Both the position numbers and the translations under genes were made by a program. From the human T2T-CHM13v2.0 reference genome, Homo sapiens, in the NCBI RefSeq assembly GCF_009914755.1, contig NC_060944.1: 64,000 nt of DNA; one strand, written 5' to 3'. Positions 42,783 through 53,556 of the stretch are shown in pieces. Numbering within the stretch: the stretch's first letter is position 1; each line of letters begins with the position of its first letter. The notes under the pieces were generated by a model that saw nothing but the letters and a program-made list of their open reading frames with translations, did not search any database and had not been told where the DNA came from.

Positions 42783-43216
42783 TAGTGGATGCTGTTTAGG
42801 CTCAGCCCCAATCTCCTTTACTGGGCGGGTGTGACTACTCTCCAGCTGCTGTGGGTGCTGGCGCAAATGGCTCACAAATACCTCCCTTCCTAGAGAAGTA
42901 CCATCAGGCATAAGGGAACCACTTCCCCAGGAGGTCATGCATTCCCATGGCAGCCCACAGCCAGTGGCTGACCAACACCATGGTACAAATATTGGCCCCC
43001 TTGCCTCAAGGTGGGCCCAACTCTTTAGTACATTTCCTACTCCAGACCTCCCCTTTACCCAGGGCTCAGGTAGATGCAGATCTCCACATCCCCCCTTAGC
43101 TTTGTTCTCTGCCATATCTCATCTTCCTCCCTTTCTTCTGAGAACACTCTGCAATGAATAATTTGCACAAGAATCTCCATCTCAGTCTCAGTGTCCAGGG
43201 AACTCAACCTAAGACA
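42783..43216 (+). mobile_element. Old ERVL LTR (LTR16-like)
   Basis: Ends with ttgcacaagaatctccatctcagtctcagtgtccagggaactcaacctaagaca, a typical ERVL LTR terminus. Confidence 0.65.
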
Positions 43217-44145
43217 TTCACCAGCAGTGATGTCTCTGAGTTTGGGAAACAGGGTGGCAGGAGTGAACTGTGAAGGTACTGGATGCCCAGACTCATGTCA
43301 TCACAGCCTGCTGCACCTCCTTCTCCACCATGATAAACTGACCGTTCAGGGATTAGTAGACCGGAGGCCATTGTCTGGGCAAGGACTTTGAGAGAGGTGA
43401 CAGTTAAAGGTTTGAAATCTCCAAGAAACTTCCCATTGACTAAAAAGGGACCCTGTAATAAAGAGGTCTCTAGGTCAGCAGATTATCTTTTGAGCCCCAC
43501 GATGGACATCAACCTCTGACATGAGTGGGCTCTGTGTCCTTTGAAGAATGGCATACATTTATGTGAAATGAACTCCACCTATGGTACACTTGAGGAAAGG
43601 GGCTGGTATTCACTTCAAACAAATACAGACTCTGGACTGGGCGTACCCATGGCAGCTCCTTCGATGTCTATTATCTTGTTTAGTCTCAGAGGCCTCTGCA
43701 TGTGTACGGTCTACAACGTAAATGGTGCCCCATAAGGGGTAGGTGGGATTATTCCTATTTAACAGGTAGGAAAAGTCAGGCTGATCATGGTATGGGTAAA
43801 TTGTCAGGACAAATGGTAGACCTGATCATAGTGAGAGCTTCTCATTTCCTAAGCACAGAATTGTTATGTCAACTTTTTTCCCAAACTTAGATCACAGCTC
43901 AGCTGTCGCTTCCCCTGTGAAGCACTCCTTTGGCTGCACATGGGTTTGTTTATTTTGAATACCATGTACCTTTCCTTTGTAACACCACTTGAAGTGGCAA
44001 ATTTATTTGTGTAGTTTTTGGACCAGTGGCTGTTTCTTCTCCTGGAAAGGCACTGGAACATATCTTCTTTTGCTCATCATTGTACATCTCCATGCCTAGA
44101 ACAGTGCCTGGCACCCAGTAGGTACTTAGTAAGCATTAGTAGAAG

Positions 44146-44264
44146 GAATGAATAGGTGAGTGGATAGATGAGTGTATGCATAGAGGGATGGAGGGATGGG
44201 TGGATGAATGAATGTGTGGGTTGATGGGTGAATGGGTGGGGGGGTGGGTGGGTGGGTGGGGTGG
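44146..44264. repeat. (TGGA/TGAA/TGGG)n degenerate microsatellite grown from an L2 tail
   Basis: Follows the L2 end acagtgcctggcacccagtaggtacttagtaa. Confidence 0.88.
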
Positions 44265-44360
44265 AAAGACTGCTGATTCCTCTCTGGTGCACCTGGCCTG
44301 GAGGACCCACTGAGTGTGGGCAACTCTCCCCTCCCACCCGCCCAGGGCTCTGGTGATCAC

Positions 44361-44417
44361 CTGTGGTGAGGAGGCAGAGTGGAGTCCCCGGGGTCACCTG
44401 GGCGCTGCCCATTGGTG
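44361..44417 (-). CDS. PTPRT: PTPRT alternatively spliced 57-nt extracellular juxtamembrane cassette exon (APMGSAQVTPGTPLCLLTT)
   Basis: ttccttgtggtcag|CACCAATGGGC...CTCACCACAG|gtgatc. Exactly 57 nt, phase 1-1. The peptide lies inside ORF 44077..44505 and matches my recollection of the long PTPRT isoform insert. Confidence 0.92.
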
Positions 44418-44744
44418 CTGACCACAAGGAAGCCAGTCCCCAGGCAGCATGCAGAAGAGAAGGAGAGAAAGAAACACACATGAAAACGTGCAGCACGGTG
44501 AACAAAACTGCAATTCTTGTGGCTCTGAAGAGCTCACACTAAATAGCAAAAGAACATCATGATTTAACAAAACAGGGCCTGAAATAGATTTAAAAAAAAT
44601 GAAACAAGAGTAAGAGGCACCACTTATCAAGCACCCACGACATGCCAGGTACTTTTCTGGGTGCCTCACATATAATGTTTCTAAGATTTAGAATAACCCA
44701 GAAAGGTCAGTATGACTATAAATAAATCTGTCATTTTTCCACCG

Positions 44745-45585
44745 AAACTACTTCTCTGTTAGACTTCCCTTTCTGCATAAATGGTGCCACCATCCATGTA
44801 GCTTCTCAGTCTAGACACATGGGAGCCCTCCTTTTTTCTGATGTCCCTCTTATAATCAATCACCATGCTTTATTAATTCTACCCCAGAAAAGCTCTTGAA
44901 GCTGCTTCCTTCTCTTTAATTTCATTCTCACTTTGTTCAAGCCAACCTTGTGTTTCACATGGATTATTTAAGCAGCCTGTCGTCTGGTCTCTCTGCCTCC
45001 AGTCTTGTTCCCCTTCAGTCTTACTCTCCATCCTTCAGTTGAAATACAACAGTGCTGCCTCGTTGTCCCCAAGGTAAACTTCAAACCACCTCACTCAGCT
45101 CACAGGCCCTCCATGATGAATCTCCTGCCCACCCCTCTGGTCTTGTCTCTCTTCACTACCACTGCCCACCCTGTCCCAAGCATGACAACAGCTTTCCATT
45201 ATCAACAGCCCCCCACCTTCTTGTATGTAAGCCTTCCTTAGGTGAGTCACTTTGCATGGGATATACTCCCTCCTGCTCCTTCACCTGGCTGATAACTGTT
45301 CATCCGTCAGGTGTCAGTTTATAACCTGTTACCTCTAGGGAGTCTTTAGTACGTCAGTGAATCTGGGACAGATGCCCCTTCTTGTCTTCCCATAACACCC
45401 TCATCTTCCCTTCTTATTGCAATATATCACTGTATTAGAAATGGATGCCTTCTCTTAAATCTGTAGTCTCCTTGAAAGCAGACACGGTGTCCCATTTACT
45501 AGTGTACTCATGTGGCCTTGCATTGTGCCTGACACATAGTAGGTACTCAGTGAATATTTGTTGAATAAATGAAGAATGAATGAAG
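44745..45585 (+). mobile_element. L2 3' portion
   Basis: aatggtgccaccatcca...gtgcctgacacatagtaggtactcagtgaatatttgttgaataaatgaa. Confidence 0.82.
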
Positions 45586-45999
45586 AAATGTTGAATCATA
45601 GAATTTGTAAAACTTGTTCAAGGTCACAAACTGGTAAAGGTTGTATTCAAACCCTGGTTTGTCTGGCTTTAATGTTCCTGTCCTTTCAAATCCACCCCTC
45701 ACCTCTCTAAAGAAAAACATACAAAAGGTTGAAAGGTGTTTTAGGCTTGTCCAGGGACTGCAGCTTTCTCCAGTGATCCATCAACAAAACTGCAGGAAGT
45801 TCTTATGCAAAATTGAGAAGATAGAGTATTCCAGACCAACTGATAAACAAAAAATACATAATTTCAAAAATAATACAGATGGCAAACTTGATCAACAGCC
45901 ATGAAATACTATAAAATTTAACCACCAGTAAATAGTAATCATAATACTTCTCCCTTAAAAATATGAAAAGTTTTGCTGTTTTAAAAGCACAATCTAAGT

Positions 46000-46347
46000 C
46001 AGGGGTCAGCAAACTATGACTTGTAGGCCAAATCTGGCCCCCCACTCCCTGTTTTCTGTGCAGCCATGAGCTATAAATGCTTTTTACATTTTTCTAATGG
46101 TGGGGAAAAAAATGAAAGAGGAGTAATATTTTGTGACACATGGAAATTATATAAAATGCAAATTTCAGTGTCCATAAACAAAGTTTTATTGGAACACAGC
46201 TGCACTCATTCTTATACATATTCTTATATGTATGGTTGCTTTGGAGCTACAATGACAAACTTTAGTATTTGTGACAGAGACCATAAGGCCTGCAAAGCTG
46301 AAAATATTTACTATCTGTCCTTTTACAGAGGAGTTTGCTAACTCCTG
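46000..46347. mobile_element. MER58B hAT-Charlie MITE
   Basis: TIRs caggggtcagcaaact / agtttgctaactcctg. 8-bp TSD (a/t)tctaagt. Confidence 0.9.
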
Positions 46348-46649
46348 TTCTAAGTGGCTATTTTTTAGGGTTTTTTTTTTAACCCCAATGCTCTCAGATA
46401 GGCAAGACAAAGACTGTCGCCCTCACATGTCAGTAAAAGAAATGCAAAGCTTCAGAGAAGAGATGACTTACATGTTCCCACTTGGCCCCCTTCAGCAGCC
46501 TCTTAACTGCTCTCCCATTCTGTAGCCTTCTCCCTGCCTTAGTCTTCCTTCTCTGATTCATTTTCTAAACTATAACTAGGGTGTCCTTCCCCAAAAAGGC
46601 AGTCTGCTTAAGTACCTCCAGGGGCTCCACTATCTAAGGACAATGCTTT

Positions 46650-46679
46650 TATATGTGCGCGCATGCGTGCACACACACG

Positions 46680-46711
<32 letters not shown>

Positions 46712-46715
46712 TACA
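46650..46715. repeat. Compound (TG/CG/CA)n alternating purine-pyrimidine tract
   Basis: 66 nt of uninterrupted alternation. Confidence 0.95.
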
Positions 46716-47170
46716 GTGGGGCTACACAGAGTCCTGGGTGGCCCCTGATCACTCCTAACCTCATCTGGTCACACTGGCCTACTAGCCATCATTCCTTTGC
46801 CTTGTCCCATTTAAATTCAGTGGCATGCTCTCTTGCCTTCAGTGATTTGCATACCTACTCCCTTGGCTTGAAGGCTTTCTTGACTTACTTTGCAACCTTG
46901 TTCGACATGATAATTGTTACTCTTCTTTCAAACCTTATCTCAGTGATCACACATTCTGAAATAGCATACCCTAAGTTGATTTATGTCTCCCTTCTTGCCC
47001 ACCAGTGACATCCTGATTTTGCCTTGACGACAGCCCTTATTGGACTTATATTTATTCATTGCCTCTCCCATGAACTACTATTTGCTGAGTGTTTCTTACA
47101 AGCCAGGTATTATATTAAGTACTTTCGATACATTTTCTCATGAAATTCTTACATTAGCCCTGTGCAGTAA

Positions 47171-47479
<309 letters not shown>

Positions 47480-48059
47480 TAAGTGGTGTTATTGTCATTG
47501 GTTTATAGATGGGGAAACAGAGACACAGAATAGTTTAGTACCTTTTCCTACCTAGAATCAAAGACCATCCAAATCTAAAGATGATGTTTTTAACCACTAG
47601 GGAATGTGGGATTACATATCAATACTAAGTTGTACTCAATAAATGCTTACTGAAAAGTAAATGAATACATGAAAGTCTGATTCAGTATTTTTCACTCACT
47701 AGCTGTGTCATTTGGAAAATTACATACATTTCTAAATTTTAATTTCTCCACTTATAAAGTGGAGGTAATAATTATCTCATGAAGTCATCTTGAGGATCAA
47801 ATGGAAAAGAGTTAAAGCCTTAGTTGGGTTGGTGGGCCTAGAGGAGGTACCTCCCCACTCCATCCTCTAGGTCTGCAACCCATGCTGTGCTTAGCAGTAA
47901 TGCTCAGCTATCTGGGGTAGGAACAGAGGGACAGCTGGATAAATGCAGGAATGGGGAGAGATTTTTCTAGTTGGTGGGCAGAATATAGTGGGATGGATCA
48001 TGGATCTCAGCAAAACACAAAAGGAGGCAGAAACAGAAAAAGGTCCTGTTTACATATAT

Positions 48060-48390
48060 GGTTCTAGAGATGTCTCATGTTTACCAGTGTCTGTTCCATC
48101 TATCCTTGGGCATAGGAAAGAGTTCCAGTCAACTTGCAGTTGGGCTGTTGTCATGTGACTAGCTCTCATCAAGGCCATGTAAGTGGAAGTGGCATGAGTC
48201 ATTTCCGAGTGACATATTTAAGATCCAAGTTGCCACTTCCATGCTTTCTCTTCCCCTGCTCAGGGGTTCTCTGAGACCACATATATTCTAGATGGCACAG
48301 CAACAAATATGCCTTTGTGGTATTAAGCTACTGGGAGTTGGGTATTAGCTTGTTATGTTAGCAAAGCCTAGCCTAGCCTAACTAATCCAG
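48060..48390 (+). mobile_element. MLT1J-like old MaLR LTR
   Basis: catgtgactagctctc...aagtggaagtg...attaagctactgggag...ttgttat...cctagcctaactaatcca. Confidence 0.65.
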
Positions 48391-48498
48391 TTGCTGAGGT
48401 AGAGGTCTCTTGCTTTCTCCTGCATCACCTGGTCCCCTGACCACATCACGTTTTGAGGATTCATTACCCTTCTCTCTTTACTGTTTCCAGGCCCTGTA

Positions 48499-48500
<2 letters not shown>

Positions 48501-48560
<60 letters not shown>
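48501..48560. repeat. (GT)30 microsatellite
   Basis: Read directly from the sequence. Confidence 0.99.
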
Positions 48561-48562
<2 letters not shown>

Positions 48563-50462
48563 GCCTGCAAAGAAGGAGCTCAGAATGCTGAATGTCTCAG
48601 ACTTCCCTTCTGACTCTTGTCCCTTCTAAAGCAATCAGTGTTGAGTGCAGAGAGATGCTGCTGGGCTACAGATGGCCCTGGAGCAGACAACCCTGAAGAC
48701 TAACTAATTTTTTGGTTTATTAGCTTCAATATGTTGTGGAAGTGAAGAAAGTTGAGGATTTCTTGAGCCACCTCACCTTCTGCTCCAGGACTTAGCTTGA
48801 ATACTCCTGGAGACAGGCCAAAGACCATCACATGCTAAATATTCTATTATCAATTATTACTAGAAAAGAGGCATGGGAAGAGGTTAACAAATAGGTAGGA
48901 GACAGAGCATCCTGTCAGTGGTCAATGAATCTCATCTGTCTATAGTATTAACACAATGGAATCAGATCTGATTTCCAATTCTGAGGAAACTTGAGCTCCT
49001 TATTTAACCCCTTGAGCCCATTTGGCCCATCATTAAGTAATAACGATGACCACTATTTATTTAGTGTGTGCTAAGTGTCAGGCTTTACTTCTGTCATCAC
49101 ACTGAAACCTTGTGTCAGCACACAAAGCCCTGTGACTGGCACACAATAGGTGGTTAATTTTTGCAAATCCCTTTTAATCCCTCCTCAAACATCACATTGA
49201 GATCCCATCAATGGGGTTTAAAATATCCAATAGAGCTTTATTCTCTTTATTTATAACCCTTGTCTCTAGCCTACCCCAAATGTGTTCCTTCCCGGACTCC
49301 CAATTTTAAAAGGCCCCCCTTTTCCTTTAGAAGATGCAACTGCTTTGCAATAACAGACTTGCGATCAAGTCGACTCAGGTGTCTCTCAGATCTTGAGTAG
49401 ATAATTCTTATTTCTAGTTGAGAAAGATGGATTGGAACTCCCAAGGTACATGCTTGAATGGCAAGAGTTAATCCTCACTTGTTTTTCTGAACTCTATCAA
49501 ACCAGCTTTTGTCTTCCTGAGTGGGGTATGGAAGTGGGGTATGGAAGGGGTGTGTGTGGCGGGGGAAGTTTGAGCACAACTAGAGAGGCTAGAGAGATGT
49601 GCCAGCTGTTGTAGCAAGAAAAATATTAAAGAAAGAGTTGGGATATTTAAAGGTCATATTTAGGCTATCTTATGTGTACTTATGATATAGTTCTCTTCCT
49701 CCAACTTCTTGCAAAACCTTTAGGAAAATCTGTATTTTTCCATTGACATTTTAGGACCTAGAAGACAGTCAGTGAGAGCAAAGGGGGCCACAAGTCAAGG
49801 AGAATTTGTTACACTCATGTAACTCTGAGGATCCCAGTCCTGGAAAATGTATCTCATGGGACTCAGCTAAGGAAGAATAGCATTGTCCTGCCCAAACCCT
49901 CCAGCCACACAGTCTGAGCTTTCACCTCCAAAAGTTTGACAAGATTTATAAAGACTGAACAACAATCAAGAGCTTTCCAATAGACTATCTCACTAGAGTC
50001 TTTCCTCTCACAAGTGATTCCCCATTATGGCCCCTACCCTGGTTGCTCTAGCTAGATTTGGACATGCTATGCTCCTGGGTCCCTCCTGAAATTGCTGGTC
50101 TGGTGATGAAGAAAGGACAGTGTCATAGTCAAGGCTAGAAAAGGGATGACCACAATCCTATACATGTCCATAAAAGAATACTATTGCTCTGCAGGATCTC
50201 ATCTAGAGACAACAACCTATCAATGGGAAGGTCAAGTACTGAAAAGTGAGGCCAACATCACTCCTGTCCCCTCTGGGTTTCTTCACTTTGGATCTAACCT
50301 GTATCCATTTGACAAACGGCTGATTTGTAGAACTGTACAAGCAGTGACTAGAGTCTGGGCTGTGGCTTTTTCCTTAGAGAACTGAGAGAGAGGATCTGTG
50401 CTTAGTAGGTCTGGGTCTCCAAGTCCCACATTAAAGACTCAGAAAGGAAGAGAGAAAGAAGG

Positions 50463-50464
<2 letters not shown>

Positions 50465-50525
<61 letters not shown>
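50465..50525. repeat. (AT)~30 microsatellite
   Basis: Read directly from the sequence. Confidence 0.99.
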
Positions 50526-50527
<2 letters not shown>

Positions 50528-51842
50528 GTTCTTGAATACTTGGTAGAAAGGGCTACCGATCTCAGGCTTCAAAGTGAAGGGACAGATTCGTAGATTTTAA
50601 CTGACTTGTCCAAGGTCTAACAGCTAAATTTTGGGGGACAGGATTTGAATCCAGGTGTTTCTAATTTCCAATTATTCCATGCAACCTCTCAAGGAAGCTT
50701 CCTATATAAAACAGAATCTTCCACATAGGCTTGTATCAATGGGAGTAGGCATTGCCTATTGATAGCAGAGGATTATCACACCACCTGTGGCTGTGATTCT
50801 GTGGATAAACAAGGCATGGACACATCACTCCTCCTCTGGGCCCCAGTCTTAGCATCTGTTAAATGAGAGCATCTCACTGAAAAATGGCTATTTAGTGTCC
50901 CTGCTGGTCCCTGCAGGAGTGAGAATCCATTATGGGAAAAGGAGAGGAAAATGCCAGATGAAATGCTTTATCTCAGGCTTAGCTCTTATGAAAAGAAGGC
51001 ATATTTACAAAAGCCAGCGCCCAAACCTCTTGCTGTCACTATTGGAACAATGGCGTTAGTCCATCGCTGCCACCAAGCAGAACAAAACTACTGGTGACAC
51101 TGGCCCCTCATCCTATGCTTCATTATTCTGGAGTTCAGCTTTCAGCACCCACTCCAAGGGGGTTGTTTTAATGGGATCGTTAGAGAGTGTTTACTAGATT
51201 AAAACTGTGGCTGTCTTCTGCAAAGCAACTCTGCAAATGGCTTTATGGGTTTCTGGGTTTATTTTGTCTCAATGACTCGGCTCAGTTTGCAAATCAAATC
51301 AAAGCTGATTTTTCTAACTGCCACTCGGGCGCACCCAGCGGGAGTCTGCAGAGCCAGCTGTGTTCCCTTGACGGCTGGCGCTGGAGACAAGATGGGAGTG
51401 CTGCTGCCTGCTGGCAGCCAGAGTGGTTCCACCCAATGGAAAGAAGCAAGCATGCACCTTCCTGACCCTAACCAAGGCTGGAGGAGCAGGTCAGAGGAAG
51501 CAAATTTCATTTTCTGAAAGGAGAAATGGTAGACAGAATCTATTTGACTTCAAGGACTGATGGGCAGAAAAATAATAGGGAGCCAGTTTGGACTCATAAT
51601 GTAGAAGCCCTCTCAAACGGAAGTGTCCAAAGTGTGAAGCAAGTCCATGGTGGGTAGAGAGATCTCTATCACAGCAGGAACAGAAACAGAGGCTGGCTGG
51701 CCTTCTTGTTAGTGGGGACTGCAGATCCCATAGTGGACACTTTACCTCTGTCACTTTTACTCCTACCATTTAAGAGAACAATCCTGACATGTAACTTGCA
51801 TTTGAAAAAAATGAAGCCATGGAAGAATAATGACCTGTTAGT

Positions 51843-51915
51843 CATCCACTCATCCATCCATCCATCCATCCATCCATCCATCCATCCATCCATCCATCCA
51901 TTTGTTCATCCAATG
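51843..51915. repeat. (CATC)n at the tail of a minus-strand L2 that extends to about 52480
   Basis: catccatccatcc... then cattgagtaccagtatatgc. Confidence 0.9.
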
Positions 51916-52039
51916 CATTTCATTGAGTACCAGTATATGCTGAGATCTGGGAATAATAAAACAGTGCTCAAAATAAGCACAGTCTTTGCACTTACGTCAC
52001 TTAGAGTCTAGCAGGGAGATAGACATTAAACATGTAAGT

Positions 52040-52043
<4 letters not shown>

Positions 52044-52096
<53 letters not shown>
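52044..52096. repeat. (TA)~26 microsatellite
   Basis: Read directly from the sequence. Confidence 0.99.
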
Positions 52097-52099
<3 letters not shown>

Positions 52100-53229
52100 C
52101 AAGTTGTGATGAGTGCTATGAAGGAAAAGTACAGGGTTTAGTGAGAGTGGAAAATTAGGGATATACATTAAAACAGAGGTCAGGATGGTCTTCTGAGGAC
52201 ATAAGGTTTAAGAGGCCATCTTAAAGATACTTCTCTGTTAAGATATTTATCTATTAAGGAGACATATATAGTAGCCAAAGCATTTCAGAGAGAGGGCAAG
52301 ATGAGCGAAGGCCCCAAGCTTGGGAGGAGTTTGATGTGCCTGAAAAACTGAAAGAAGACCAGTGTGCCAGAGTGTAATAAGAGAATAAAAGGATAGAAGC
52401 TTAGAGGAGGCTGGAGGGAGGAAGGGATCAGATCACGCAGGCAAGACTGGTGGGGCAAGGCCTGTGGGTAAGGAAAAGTAGCAAAATGAACAGATGAGTA
52501 CAAGAAAGGAGTCACGGAAGAATTAGAAAGACAGGACATCAGTGGGTAAGAGAACTTGGATGGAACTGGGCATCAGTTTCTCAAAGGGGGACTGAACAAT
52601 ATAGTTCTAGAATTGAACAACTAGGTCAGAAACAATTTTCCCTTGGCCTGCTCTGTCTCAGCCAGAGGACATGAATTGAGATACCTGGGTACCTCCTTTA
52701 GCAGCTGCAACCTGGGGCATCTTCTACCAGATGGGATAATGTACCTCTCATGGGAAGGGTCATTTTCTCTCTACTTGAGCATTAGCACCTCTGAAGTCTA
52801 AGTCCCTACCCCAAGCTTCCACATGCTCCATTTTCTAAAGGATCACCTTAAGCACCTGTGGCTGACATCTTCAACCTGCTACCTATGTTGAGCCCATCCC
52901 TCATCTTCCAAAGGTATGGTTCTAAATGATTCCCCTGCTCACTTGCCCTTTCTAACATTTCCTATTTTAATGATAAGAACAAAACCTGATTTTTAAATTG
53001 CTCTTTTTTGCTCTGTGGCTTTCTATTGTCTTCCTTTCAGAGTCTGAATAATAGTTTTAAATCCAAACCATCACTTAATGCCTGTTTACCCACTGGCTGC
53101 AGTTTTCTCTCTATGGCTCTGATCAGATTGATTCCCAGGTCTAGAGTGTGTCAAGCAAAGTGCTCAAAATGTCTTTTAGCTTTTATATTCAAGGAAATTC
53201 CCTTGCTTTTTGCTACCCTAATCAAACAT

Positions 53230-53556
53230 CCTTATTGGATTAGGTGGTAGTATCCTCATAAAAAGGGGAATTTTGAACACAGTCAAGCAGACAAGGAGAA
53301 TGTCATGTGATGGTAAGGCAGTGATCAGGGTGGCGCTTCCAAAAGCCAAGAAATGCCAAAGATTTGCCAGCAAACCACCAGAAGCTAAGAGACACACGTA
53401 GAAAAGATTCTTCCTCACAACACTCAGAAGGAACAAGGTCTGCAGACACCTTGATTTCAGACTTTGGACCTCCAGAACTGTGAGACAATAAATTTGTGTT
53501 ATTTAAGCCAACCAATTTGTAGGACTTTGTTACAGCAGCCACAGGAAACTAATAGA
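53230..53556 (+). mobile_element. MLT1B/C-like LTR, 3' part
   Basis: caccagaagctaag...acaccttgatttcagactttggacctccagaactgtgagacaataaattt...gttacagcagccacaggaaactaata. Confidence 0.88.

Noticed and set aside
51141-51160. REST/RE1-like ttcagcacc (also near 63765)
   Set aside because: Left half-site only. The GGACAG half is missing.
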